Positions 26,878-36,900 of a stretch of DNA of 55,034 nt are shown piece by piece. The notes beneath the pieces are model-generated. The model worked only from the letters and a program-made list of their open reading frames with translations, did not search any database and was not told the origin of the DNA. Source of the DNA: a virus (lineage: Duplodnaviria; Caudoviricetes); the IMG/VR virus record IMGVR_UViG_3300022074_000051, positions 1 to 55,034 of that record. One strand, written 5' to 3'. Position 1 is the stretch's first letter, and the number at the start of each line of letters is the position of its first letter. The translations under genes and the position numbers were made by a program.

Positions 26878-27673
26878 TTTTACTTATCTCCGCAACCAGG
26901 TCTTGAATATAAAATACGTCCTCAACCATTTTCTTATCGATTGGTTTTGTCGAAAAACTTTCCAACTTCTCTCCAACCATGGCAAGCTTGTCTTTATAAC
27001 TAGTCTCGGATAACAGAGTGACTTGCTTCTTTAATCTACCAAGCTCCTCATTCATAAATGACTTAAGCCCCAAACCGTTGTCGGAGAAAGACGTAATATA
27101 GTTAGATAGCAGTTCTCTTTGTTCTGTTTGTAGAGTTCTCTTGTATGTTTCATTAAACTTATTGACAAACGTTTTATATTCTAAGGAGTCTAAAGGTTTC
27201 ATCGCTTCCTCATTCTTTGGCCGAGAATGCGAAATAACGAGGTCTTTTACCCTATCCTCTATGAGCAGCCTAGTCTTTGGTTTAAGGCCGCTAGAATGGA
27301 AATACTGGCCAACTGTGGCTATGTTTTTATAGTTAGGTACAAAGTTTGCAAATGCGTGTGGAACATGCACATTAAATTCTTTGATAAGAATGGTTTGAGC
27401 ATTAAATATTTTTTTTCTGTCTAACTCATCCCAGTCCTTTTTGACCTCTGTGATGAACCGTTTTCCAAAACTCTCAGCAAGATCTTTTGTTTCAAGCAGT
27501 TGTTTGTACATCTGTAGATCTTCGTACAACGGGGTGCCCTTTGAGAAGTTTCTTTTAAGCATATTAACTACTGTTTCTTTTGTCTGCTCATCTTTACGTA
27601 CGATAGCTTTTGTTGTTTCTTTGATAAGACATTCATAAAGAAAAGCGGTATTTCTTTTCTTATTGTGTTTCAT
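26867..27673 (-). CDS. Hypothetical head-module protein (268 aa)
   Basis: MKHNKKRNTAFLYE start; helical; overlaps the portal stop; AAGGAG SD. Confidence 0.7.
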   Translation of the reverse strand: MKHNKKRNTAFLYECLIKETTKAIVRKDEQTKETVVNMLKRNFSKGTPLYEDLQMYKQLLETKDLAESFGKRFITEVKKDWDELDRKKIFNAQTILIKEFNVHVPHAFANFVPNYKNIATVGQYFHSSGLKPKTRLLIEDRVKDLVISHSRPKNEEAMKPLDSLEYKTFVNKFNETYKRTLQTEQRELLSNYITSFSDNGLGLKSFMNEELGRLKKQVTLLSETSYKDKLAMVGEKLESFSTKPIDKKMVEDVFYIQDLVAEISKNES

Positions 27674-29567
27674 GTTTTTTCTCCTTTAAATATAGACCTT
27701 CCAACAGGTCTTCAACTTCTTTTGATATTGAAAACAATCTTTCTTCATCGTGTTCGATATTTTCTTTTCGCTTATACAGGTTTGACATGCCACCGTAGCC
27801 CATAGCCCCATGGTGTGTTGTCCTAGGTGTTCCTTGTTCCGGCGTACTCCAGTTTGTAAACTGCTTATTGAGAGCGCCCTTGTTGGTTATATATGGTGGC
27901 CTAATAACCTCATCATCTCTCTTGGCGGGTGGAGGCTCGGCGAGAAGATCAGAATCACCCCCTTTGTCACCCCCGGTTTCCCCAGTGGGTGTCTCGCCGG
28001 CTCCAGTATCGCCAGGAGGGGTGTCGGCTTGTTCGGCATCAGATGTGCCACCAAGCGCACTCATCCCACCAGCGACTCCTCCGTCTCCGCCTGCTCCCTC
28101 AGCGGCTTCACCGCCAGCAGATGCAGCATCAAGTTTCGCAGCGTACTTTTTATCAAAGAACATTTCTCTTTGATTACGTAAGAACTCGTCTTCAGACATT
28201 CCGAGCAAGTTTTCTGCAATCCAGCGCTTTGAAAAGTAACCTTCTGTGGCTGATCCTGCAATGTCAAATTTTTGCTTCCAATGCTCAAGCTCCTGAAGTT
28301 CTGCTATTTTAGAAGGGTTGTTAAGTTGTAATTTGAAAGAAAGAAGATCATCCTCTCTATATCCTAAAGTATACAAGTGTATTATACCTATTTTTTCAAG
28401 CTCTGAGGTCATAATTCTTTGCAAGCGTTGAATGGTTCTAGCGAAACGAATATCTTTTTGAGCCAAAGTTGTCTTGTCTTCCGTGGCGCCCTCTCCCATT
28501 GAAAGGTATGATTGTGGGACTTTTAGTGCTGAAAAGAGCTTATCTCTAAGGTATTTAACATCGTCAATACCACCATTATAGGTAGCACCTGGTAGACTGG
28601 ATATATCGGTAGTACTTTGCCCGCCACGAATAGGAATGTAATAGTCTTCCTCAACAGACAAAGGATTGTATCTCAAATCAACTTGCCCTGTTTTGGGATT
28701 GGTAACTTGGTGACGTTTCATTTGCGTCATTACTTTTTGCATATATTGTTCGACTTCTTGTGGCGGAATACCGCCAACATCAATTTTAAACACACGACGC
28801 TCAGGAGCACGAACAATACGATAAGCCATCATAGCATCTTCAAGCAATATAAGCTGTCTGTGTATTCTTCTGGCTGGTTCCAAGATAGATGTTCCATAGG
28901 GAGCATGTTTGTCATTACCCAACACTCTAAAGTGTGCAACCTGCCAATTCTCTAGCGTGAGAGCGGCAGTGTTCCATTGGTACTGTACGTAATTTGGATT
29001 GGTCTCATCTTCGCCTTCTAATCTTTCTATCTCTTGGGGAGGTAAACCAATTGCTGCTCTGATGCCGAGATGCTCATCGATATCTAGGTAAAGAAAGAAG
29101 TCTCCGTACTTACACATTGTTCTGCAATATCCGAACAGGTTTTGTTCAATATTTAGCACATTGTGATACAGGTTCTTAAGAATGTGTTTTATTTCTTCGT
29201 TTGCACATTTTATCCTAAGCATTGGACGGATATCAGTGTGAGTTGTCATCTCATCAGCGTAGATGTCTAGAGACGAAGCAATCTCTGGTACGTACTCCAT
29301 TTCGTCAAAATCAACATATCGCTCAGCACGGTTCCTGTTGGATATCATACTCAGTGTCAAATTGTTAATTGGGTTATATTCCCATTTTTTAAACTGTTTG
29401 CCAGACGCTGACTTGAATCTGGATGCGTACATGTCTAAATGCCTACGACGCAATTGTCGTCCTGTCTGTGTTTTTCTTTGAGTTATCGGTCCAGAAAACA
29501 ATCTAGTCAACGCTTTAAACAAATCCGACTGCGGATTGTAGGGCGATTTTTTATTTCTATTTGCCAT
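27660..29567 (-). CDS. gp20: Portal protein, T4 gp20-like
   Basis: PYGTSILEPARR, LLEDAMMAYRIVRAPERRVFKIDVG, EEDYYIP, IDDVKYLRDKLFSALKVP, DIRFARTIQRLQ. Confidence 0.95.
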   Translation of the reverse strand: MANRNKKSPYNPQSDLFKALTRLFSGPITQRKTQTGRQLRRRHLDMYASRFKSASGKQFKKWEYNPINNLTLSMISNRNRAERYVDFDEMEYVPEIASSLDIYADEMTTHTDIRPMLRIKCANEEIKHILKNLYHNVLNIEQNLFGYCRTMCKYGDFFLYLDIDEHLGIRAAIGLPPQEIERLEGEDETNPNYVQYQWNTAALTLENWQVAHFRVLGNDKHAPYGTSILEPARRIHRQLILLEDAMMAYRIVRAPERRVFKIDVGGIPPQEVEQYMQKVMTQMKRHQVTNPKTGQVDLRYNPLSVEEDYYIPIRGGQSTTDISSLPGATYNGGIDDVKYLRDKLFSALKVPQSYLSMGEGATEDKTTLAQKDIRFARTIQRLQRIMTSELEKIGIIHLYTLGYREDDLLSFKLQLNNPSKIAELQELEHWKQKFDIAGSATEGYFSKRWIAENLLGMSEDEFLRNQREMFFDKKYAAKLDAASAGGEAAEGAGGDGGVAGGMSALGGTSDAEQADTPPGDTGAGETPTGETGGDKGGDSDLLAEPPPAKRDDEVIRPPYITNKGALNKQFTNWSTPEQGTPRTTHHGAMGYGGMSNLYKRKENIEHDEERLFSISKEVEDLLEGLYLKEKKHETQ

Positions 29568-29587
29568 GTTAAAACCTTATTTGTTAG

Positions 29588-29627
29588 TAAATAGTTTAAT
29601 TGTACCATAAAGTAAATGGTTTGTCAA
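29588..29627 (-). promoter_or_regulatory. Stacked sigma70-type promoter and ACTATTTA motif upstream of portal
   Basis: TTGACA (29622-27), 17 nt, TACAAT (29599-604) with TG extension; ACTATTTA at 29588-95. Confidence 0.65.
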
Positions 29628-29628
29628 G

Positions 29629-31212
29629 TCATCCTTTGAAAATCCAAACAAATTCTTTTGCTTGACTGATTTCTTCTTTGTACTTGTTTTCAAACTTTGT
29701 GTCATGGCTCTTCATACCTGGAATGGTTGTACTTAGAGTTTTGTTTGTTGAGTACATTGCATTGACCATCGCTTTTTGATATTCCATTTCTTTTTTCGAT
29801 ACCTCTAGGGAAGTGTCTCTAACCCAACAGGCGATTGCCATAGACATTATTAAATCATCATGATAGCTTCTCATAGCCTGTGGTTTTCCATTGTTCCAAA
29901 TAAATGTTTTAACTTCGTGAAATAGACGTGAAGATCTTGGCTTGATAAGTTTATTCCTGATATATTCTTCTAGCTTTGCTACAATGAGCGGCCTCGTTTT
30001 ACTAGACGTGGTGAAGCCCATTACCGCTCTATCGTTATATTCTCCTTGCAGTGCGTCAATATATTCATGAGTCGACTTGATAGAATAATATATCTTAGGG
30101 TATTCAAGGTCTCTTAGTTTCTCTAAAACAGATATACCGATACCAACGTTCTCAACAACAAGCAGACAGTTTCCATACTCCTTACCAGCATCATTGAGTA
30201 TATGAGAGTAATGATCTAGCGTTGGTTTTCCCTGGTACTCTGCTACAACCTCCATCGTATCAGTACGCAACACATGAAAGACCGAAGAGTCGGCGCCATC
30301 ACCTCTTGCAACATCAGCAACCAAAAGATAAGGCACACCCTCTTGATATCTCTCCCATATCCAAAGATTTCTATCAAAGCCGGTCTTGTATTCTGGTTCA
30401 CATATCTGTTCATGTATCCAAGCTATATCGTCAGGGTGTATGACAGTTTCGCCTGATGTATTAAAATTACACTCAAGCTCTTGTGCTATTTGTCTCCGAG
30501 ACATGTTTTTAGTCTCTTTCTCAAACCAAGATTGATCGCGCTCCGGGTGCACATCCCATGGAAGCGAGATAGGGTGAAACTCGTTGTCACCAGCCTCAGA
30601 ATCAACATAAGTTCTGTGGAACCAGTTACCAACACCCATAGGAGTTGATAGGGCAATGCAGCGACCACCTGTTGATAGAGTTGGGTAAAGACCTGCCCAG
30701 AGTTCTTCAAGTCCTTCGACGTGAGCAGCCTCGTCAATAATAAGAAGAGACAGTGCCTCTGAACGACCAGCATCGGCTGAGGTTCCGACGGCTTTTATCG
30801 TTGAGCCATTAGATAACTCAAACGAGTTTCTGTTGTCGATTGTAATCTTGGCCACCTTCATCCATGGTGGTAGATTCTTCATAACGCTTTTGACTTTCTT
30901 GACAAGGTTTGCGGCTGTTGTAAACTTGGTTGCCATTACAAGAATGTTCTTTTCTTTGTGAAACAACATAAACCAAACAGCATAAGCAGCCGAGATCGTT
31001 GAGATCCCAAGCTGTCTTGCTTTGAGAATGACATTGAAACGATAATCGTTAAAGTCTCTTAATAAGTCATCTTGATAAGGATAAGTATTAAAAGGAATAA
31101 GACCGCGAAGTGGGTGAGAGATCCGGCAATAGTTGTTAATAAAATATACCGGATCTTTTCCCGACTTTACGATCTCTTTTACAATCTCTTGTTTTGTTAA
31201 CTTAAGAGTCAT
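29629..31212 (-). CDS. gp17: Terminase large subunit, gp17-like
   Basis: KARQLGIST (Walker A), LLIIDEAAH (Walker B), LSTPMG, ADVARGDGADSS, and HDDLIMS in the nuclease domain. Confidence 0.96.
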   Translation of the reverse strand: MTLKLTKQEIVKEIVKSGKDPVYFINNYCRISHPLRGLIPFNTYPYQDDLLRDFNDYRFNVILKARQLGISTISAAYAVWFMLFHKEKNILVMATKFTTAANLVKKVKSVMKNLPPWMKVAKITIDNRNSFELSNGSTIKAVGTSADAGRSEALSLLIIDEAAHVEGLEELWAGLYPTLSTGGRCIALSTPMGVGNWFHRTYVDSEAGDNEFHPISLPWDVHPERDQSWFEKETKNMSRRQIAQELECNFNTSGETVIHPDDIAWIHEQICEPEYKTGFDRNLWIWERYQEGVPYLLVADVARGDGADSSVFHVLRTDTMEVVAEYQGKPTLDHYSHILNDAGKEYGNCLLVVENVGIGISVLEKLRDLEYPKIYYSIKSTHEYIDALQGEYNDRAVMGFTTSSKTRPLIVAKLEEYIRNKLIKPRSSRLFHEVKTFIWNNGKPQAMRSYHDDLIMSMAIACWVRDTSLEVSKKEMEYQKAMVNAMYSTNKTLSTTIPGMKSHDTKFENKYKEEISQAKEFVWIFKG

Positions 31213-31221
31213 ACTCTCCTA

Positions 31222-31596
31222 TTAGGACTTGCTATCAAATCCATACGATGAAAACTCTTCACCAGCTCGACCTCTAAGTTCCGGTGATCTCATACTAGCA
31301 GACATTCTGCTGGCGAGTTCATCATCAAAAATATCTATTGTTGGCCCTGATGGGTCCATGTACACTCTGGCCATTAATTGACCAGTTGTTTCATCTATAT
31401 AGTCTACTACTTTTTGGCCTTGCATCTCGCGCTCTTCTTCTCTGGTATTTTTTTCCATTTCTGATGTTGCTATGTTGTATGCTTGGTTTTCTAAATTATC
31501 CAATGTCAGTAAAGGTCGCGGACCAGACTCTTCGCTCATTACGGCTTCGAGTTCTTCTTTAATAATTTGTCTTAGTTGTTCTTTCGTGATTCTCAT
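31222..31596 (-). CDS. Hypothetical protein with MRITKEQLRQIIKEEL leader
   Basis: AAGGAG SD; ATGA overlap with the upstream gene. Confidence 0.65.
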   Translation of the reverse strand: MRITKEQLRQIIKEELEAVMSEESGPRPLLTLDNLENQAYNIATSEMEKNTREEEREMQGQKVVDYIDETTGQLMARVYMDPSGPTIDIFDDELASRMSASMRSPELRGRAGEEFSSYGFDSKS

Positions 31597-32147
31597 TTTT
31601 GATTATCTCCTTTCTTACGAGTATCATTGCTTGGCCTCTTGTCAGAAAACTGAGAAAGGAACTTTCTAGTGATATCACGAGTGTGATCAACTGAAGGCTC
31701 AAGAATAGGTAAAGATTCAATACCGGAAACTTTATAGTGTTGGTACGCTTGTACAAACGAACGAACCCGTGAGGTTGACTGTACTAGTATTTGTGGTTCG
31801 CCTTTTGCTTTAAGAGTGACCGAGTTTCCGGTAACAGCCCGATACTCTTTTTGTAAAAACTTTTTTACTTCGTTGAGTCGTCTAGATATCTCATTTTCGA
31901 AGTCATTTGCATATACCTCACGAAGAGCGATATCGGACTGGTAATTAATAATCATTGAGTCGCCGTAGAATTTAATAGAGAAGCCATCCATAACTCTTGT
32001 GTCCATCAGCGGACAACCTTGTTCTCTTTGGAGACCGACTTGTTTTGTTTGTCCATCAAGCGTATAACGTTCATCATGCGCACCATCATAGGCATTTGCT
32101 GCTGCCTGTGCGAGTCCTTGAATTATCTCTAGTGTTTTACTGCTCAT
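31593..32147 (-). CDS. Hypothetical protein (184 aa)
   Basis: Coupled ORF with a GGAG SD. Confidence 0.7.
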   Translation of the reverse strand: MSSKTLEIIQGLAQAAANAYDGAHDERYTLDGQTKQVGLQREQGCPLMDTRVMDGFSIKFYGDSMIINYQSDIALREVYANDFENEISRRLNEVKKFLQKEYRAVTGNSVTLKAKGEPQILVQSTSRVRSFVQAYQHYKVSGIESLPILEPSVDHTRDITRKFLSQFSDKRPSNDTRKKGDNQK

Positions 32148-32514
32148 TTGGTCTCCATCCTTTTAGCCATCTTTCCTCACGTCCCTCAACCCATTGAATG
32201 TAACACTTTTCACAACATTTAAACTTTGACATATAAACATCATCATTAGACTTAAATGAGTATGTATTGCAAACCGGGCAAGAACGCTTGGTTTCTTTCA
32301 TAAGTAGTTTATTTGATATAAAAACTCCATTTAGTTCAACGTGTTCTTGTTCGCAAACACCAGAACCGCTGTATAGATCTTTGAGCTGCTTGACGTAATC
32401 TCGCTCTTTGTCATCGGTCCAGCTGCTTCTTGGGTGCTTTACGGTGTCTTCTCCATACTTTTTTACTATCGCTTGTTCAACCTTGACAGCATAATTAGGA
32501 TCTTTACTTTTCAT
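32137..32514 (-). CDS. Hypothetical Zn-finger protein
   Basis: Likely start MKSKDPNY at 32514 (GGAGGT SD); CPVC...CCEKC. Confidence 0.65.
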   Translation of the reverse strand: MKSKDPNYAVKVEQAIVKKYGEDTVKHPRSSWTDDKERDYVKQLKDLYSGSGVCEQEHVELNGVFISNKLLMKETKRSCPVCNTYSFKSNDDVYMSKFKCCEKCYIQWVEGREERWLKGWRPNEQ

Positions 32515-32926
32515 CAAAACCTCCAGAGTTTTTCTTTTGCCATTCGGCTGATTCTTTATCTGTTTTGATTGGGCCGCCTTTTGCCCAAGTATGACAAGCA
32601 CGAGCAGAATGACATTTAAAGTGGTGCATCCAACAATATCCGAGCACTCCATCGTCATCAAACGTATCACCGGGTAAACACTCCTTCATGCGAGGAGATA
32701 TATCAAACGCAACGCAGTTGTAACATACAGACTTCTTTGCTGCTTTCAAGCTGGTCTTCCAATACTTTGCTATCTTATCCCAATAGTCCGCTGGTTCGTC
32801 AACATTAAGAGGTCCGTAGTTGTACTTCTTTATTGTTGCGTCTCGGTTCTTTGTATTGAGAGCGAGATCTTGAGTTGCCGGTGGACAAACCAACTTCTTT
32901 ATTTTCTTTATTATTTTTACTAACAT
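32504..32926 (-). CDS. Cys/His-rich metal-binding protein
   Basis: CYNCVAF...GYCWMHHFKCHSARACHTW. Confidence 0.6.
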   Translation of the reverse strand: MLVKIIKKIKKLVCPPATQDLALNTKNRDATIKKYNYGPLNVDEPADYWDKIAKYWKTSLKAAKKSVCYNCVAFDISPRMKECLPGDTFDDDGVLGYCWMHHFKCHSARACHTWAKGGPIKTDKESAEWQKKNSGGFDEK

Positions 32927-32927
32927 A

Positions 32928-33323
32928 TTAGTTTACCGCATTTGCTATGGCTATTGTTGTGCCTACGCCAGTAATTAGTCCCAAGCCAAACCAAAGTCTG
33001 CTTTTTGGCGGGGTTTTCAACTCTTCAAGTTCTTGGATGCGCTTTTGTTGTTCTAGGATCTTTGCATCGTGAATTTCATTGTTAAACTTCATTGTGCTCT
33101 TGAGCTTTCTTATCTCTTCGTTTTTATCTGCTTCAAGCATCGCAAGTTGATATTGCATTTCAATACGGCACTCTTCTGGTGCGTTTACAATCTCTTGAGT
33201 TATGAGGTCAATCGCTGCGTCGCTCATCAGGCGTCCGTTGAATGGTGCGATATCTCCTGCTTGAAGGTAAGTGTATTCGGGGCTTGAACCCCATGCTAGT
33301 GATGATAGTAGTATTAAAATCAT
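32928..33323 (-). CDS. Exported, C-terminally anchored coiled-coil protein (spanin-like?)
   Basis: Short hydrophobic signal, central coiled coil and C-terminal TM LWFGLGLITGVGTTIAIA. Confidence 0.5.
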   Translation of the reverse strand: MILILLSSLAWGSSPEYTYLQAGDIAPFNGRLMSDAAIDLITQEIVNAPEECRIEMQYQLAMLEADKNEEIRKLKSTMKFNNEIHDAKILEQQKRIQELEELKTPPKSRLWFGLGLITGVGTTIAIANAVN

Positions 33324-33655
33324 TTTCTGTCTATTCCTAAGTCTTGTAAAACCTTGTCAGCGTCAATATCTCTCTTCAAATCTTCAAGGTCTTGTCGTTT
33401 CTTTTCTTCTATTCTTTTCTTTATCTCTTCAACCTTCTTGTCAATCTTTTGATCTCGCTTGTTCTTATCTCTTGCTGCTTCCTCGATTGCTTCGGACTCT
33501 GCTTTATATTGTGCCTTTGCTGCTTCTGCTTGGGCTAGTAAGCCTCGTGCTCCTTTCTTTCCAAGAGCATAAGCCAAACAGAACAAGCCCACAAGAACCA
33601 ACCAGTTCCAGTGAGCTTTTATCCATGCTTTTATTTTAGACCAACTAACCACCAT
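33320..33655 (-). CDS. i-spanin-like membrane protein
   Basis: N-terminal TM WLVLVGLFCLAYALG followed by a charged coiled coil; likely start MVVSW at 33655. Confidence 0.5.
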   Translation of the reverse strand: MVVSWSKIKAWIKAHWNWLVLVGLFCLAYALGKKGARGLLAQAEAAKAQYKAESEAIEEAARDKNKRDQKIDKKVEEIKKRIEEKKRQDLEDLKRDIDADKVLQDLGIDRK

Positions 33656-33938
33656 GTTTCCACATCTTTGCAAAATCAACAGCGGTTTGACCACCGATGT
33701 ATATCATAGCAATCATTCCCCAAGTCTCCGGATCAAGTTGAGCCGAAGCAAGGAGAGCGGTTGCACAAATAAAAACAAGAAGCTTGCGAGATATCAGCCT
33801 CTCTTGTACTGCATCCAAAATACCTTTCTTGGGGTTGTTTAAATGAAGTGCTTTTTGAAAGTCTGCACTCGCAAGCTTCTCTTGGCTTGCTTCTACTATA
33901 CTATCGTTGATAGTATCTAGAATCTTATCTTTGTCCAT
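33645..33938 (-). CDS. Holin-like two-TM protein
   Basis: SRKLLVFICATALL...WGMIAMIYIGGQTAVD pattern of small phage holins. Confidence 0.55.
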   Translation of the reverse strand: MDKDKILDTINDSIVEASQEKLASADFQKALHLNNPKKGILDAVQERLISRKLLVFICATALLASAQLDPETWGMIAMIYIGGQTAVDFAKMWKHGG

Positions 33939-36900
33939 TACACGTTTACCTTGGCGTAGCCATTATGCTTTTGTATGTCGATAGTTGTGTCAACGCAATC
34001 CTTTAAAACATCCAAGTGCGATATCAAAAGGATAGTTTTGAACTTTGTCTTTATCATCTCCAAAAGTCTTATGAACCCTTCCATATGCTCTTGATCAAGC
34101 GCAGTTGCAGGCTCATCCATAATAAATAGTGTGCTTTTGGGCAAATTTGTAATAGAAATAAGAGCAAGGCGTATAGCCATCGCAGCGATCGTCTTTTCAG
34201 CACCAGAACCCATTGATATTGGACGAGAGTCATATTGTGGGTGTTTTATATTGATGTTAAGGTTCCTACCGTCTTCTTCAAAGTTTATTTCAAAGTCGAC
34301 AATGGTTGACAAACATTTCTGTATCTCTTCATTGATGATCGGTAGTTTTCGCTTAATGACTTCATAAGCAATACCATTTGGATGCATACATCTCATAAAA
34401 AGATCATAAGCCACCCAACCACGTTCTAGAACATCTTGTTCTGCTTTTTCTGAACGTATAATCTTGATTGCATGCTTCATTGCTCCAAGCTCTACAAGGT
34501 AATCTTGAATCTTGTTGTCACACTTGTCCTTCCTGGTTTTAGCTTCCGACATCTTCGTCTTGATTGCATGTCTCTCTCTGGATAGCGACGACAAGTTTTC
34601 TATGATGTGTTTGTTATCCTCATACTCTTGTTGTTTTTCTCGCAAAGTTTCCAATTCATTTTTATACAAAGATATCTTTGAGGATAGAGAGTCTATCTTC
34701 ATTTCTAAATTTTTGTTTTGTGCTAAGATTGTTTTCTTTCTATTTTTAAACTTATCAACCTTTTGTAAGTCTCTGTGGATTGCTTCTATATCTAAAAAGT
34801 TCATTTTTTCATCAAGATCAGCGATACTAGCAGAAAGTTCGGCTATCTCTTTTTGAATGGTCGGTAGAGTTGTTCTTGCCTTGTTTGCATCTTTTACAAA
34901 TTTGTTTTCACAACAATATTTACAATCCGGATCATACTCATGCTTATCAAGTATTTTTATTTTTCCAGTAGCGTTTTTCTCTTTTACGGCTAATGTTTTT
35001 GTTTTGTTAACGGCAGTAGTGTGCTCTTTCTTGTATTCGTTCCATGTTTCTTCCATAGACTGTAGTCTCTCTTGGGACAAGCAGGAAATGAACGTGACTA
35101 TCTCACTTGCTACCTCTTTGTTCTTTGCTATTTCCTTCTTACTGGTGTCAATTGTCCTAACGCAAGATAAGATATCTTCTTGCTTTTGTGCAATCGCATC
35201 TTCAATCTGATGTATGTCCACAATTTCTGTGGGGATAGACGAGATCTCTTCGCTTATCTTATCAAATTCTGCTTTAAGTTCTTCGTATCTACTGTTGTGC
35301 TTCTTGCACAGATCTGTTTGCTTGTCTATATCGTCCTTGATTTCTTCGATAGTTTCCTGCTTTATTACTAGCTTTTTAGATAATTCTTTATTCTTAAAAC
35401 GCTTTATCAAAGTAGAAATCTCAGCAGAGTCTTTTTTGGCTAGTTTGAACTTCTTATCAAATATCTCAAGGTCCAAAAACTTTGCAAGTATTTCCTTACG
35501 CTTGGTCGAACCTTCTTTGATAAACGATAGAGAATCCATCTGACTAGCCATCGATGTAATCATAAAGTCTTCGATAGAGCCGAGAACCCGCCGTATATTC
35601 TTATCAGAGTCCTTTACAGAGTCGCCATTGCAAGAGCTATCGGTGCTGATATTATGAAAGTCAAGATCCCCAGCGGCACTAACGACGGACTTTCCTTTGA
35701 CGGTCTTACTAGACTTATTAAGATTCCTGCATATTTGATACTCTTGGTTATCTGCTTCAACAACCATTTTGATGCTTGCTGTGTTCTTATTTTGATTAAC
35801 GATGTGTACGTTCTTTCTCTCCCCCTTGGAGGTCGTATTAAAAAGCCCATACAAAGCAGAATCAATAACAGAAGATTTACCGCTGTAGTTCTTGCCAAAA
35901 ATGCCAACAATTCCAGACAGCTTATTAAAATCAACCCTATTGTCTGATCCATAATTGAATAGATTGCTGAACTGCATCTCTTTAATATTCCATGTGACAT
36001 TTCTTCTGACTTCTTCATTCTTTTCTGCTTCCTTATTGTATTTAGAGTTCAAGTCAAGTACTTCTTGTACTATTTCCTCATCAAGTTCATAATCTTTCAA
36101 ATAGTCTCGAATCCAACGTTCTTGTACGGATAGTTCTCGAAGGTTTTCCATTTTCTGTGTTCCTCCAAGCGAGGACGTGAATTCTGAGTTGCTTTTGTCT
36201 ACAAAGGTAACAGAGGTAGGGCTGTATGTTGCGTGGGCTAATTCGGTAACCTTGCGTATTTGTGACGATGCTAAATTTGTACGCCCTATTAGCCTGAGAC
36301 GGGCACCACGTGGAATATGGTAATGCTCTGGTATGTTCCCTGCTTTATCTAAATCAAGCGTCATAAACGGCCTAGGAGAGACAAAGGTGACGTGCTGTAC
36401 ATCAAATGTATCTGCGTCTTTAATGTTCCAGAGTTTGTACCCCTTGCGTGTGCCTTCTGAGAAATTCTGCTGTATAGTTGAGCCAGCATATTGAACTCGA
36501 CCTTCGGGGTCTAGTATCTGCGGTTTGTGTATATCTCCAAGCATAGCAAAGTCATGACCTTGGAAGACAGAGATATCGTCGTCTCCATGTTCCATTGCCC
36601 AGCCGGTGCCAGTTCGAGAGCCCATCACAGCACCGTGATAGAGTGCGATACTTATTGTATCTTCATCCGGGTCTTGCCAATGGTGTCTATCAAATATGGA
36701 GAGAACATTAAAGGACAATCCTGAATCTACCTTGTAGTTTCCTGAGTCCTTGAGCAAATATAGGTTAGGGTGTTCCAGAGCGTTAGCGATAGGAGAGACT
36801 GCGTCTTCCCTTCCGGAGTTCTTTAAATTGCCATCGTGGTTTCCTAATATAATATAGGTTGGTGCGATATCGGCAAGGTTCTTAAGAAACTCAGCAGCCA

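Noticed and set aside
32514-32670. N-terminal extension of ORF 32137..32670
   Set aside because: It overlaps the neighbouring gene; ATG 32514 has a GGAGGT SD and is the more plausible start.
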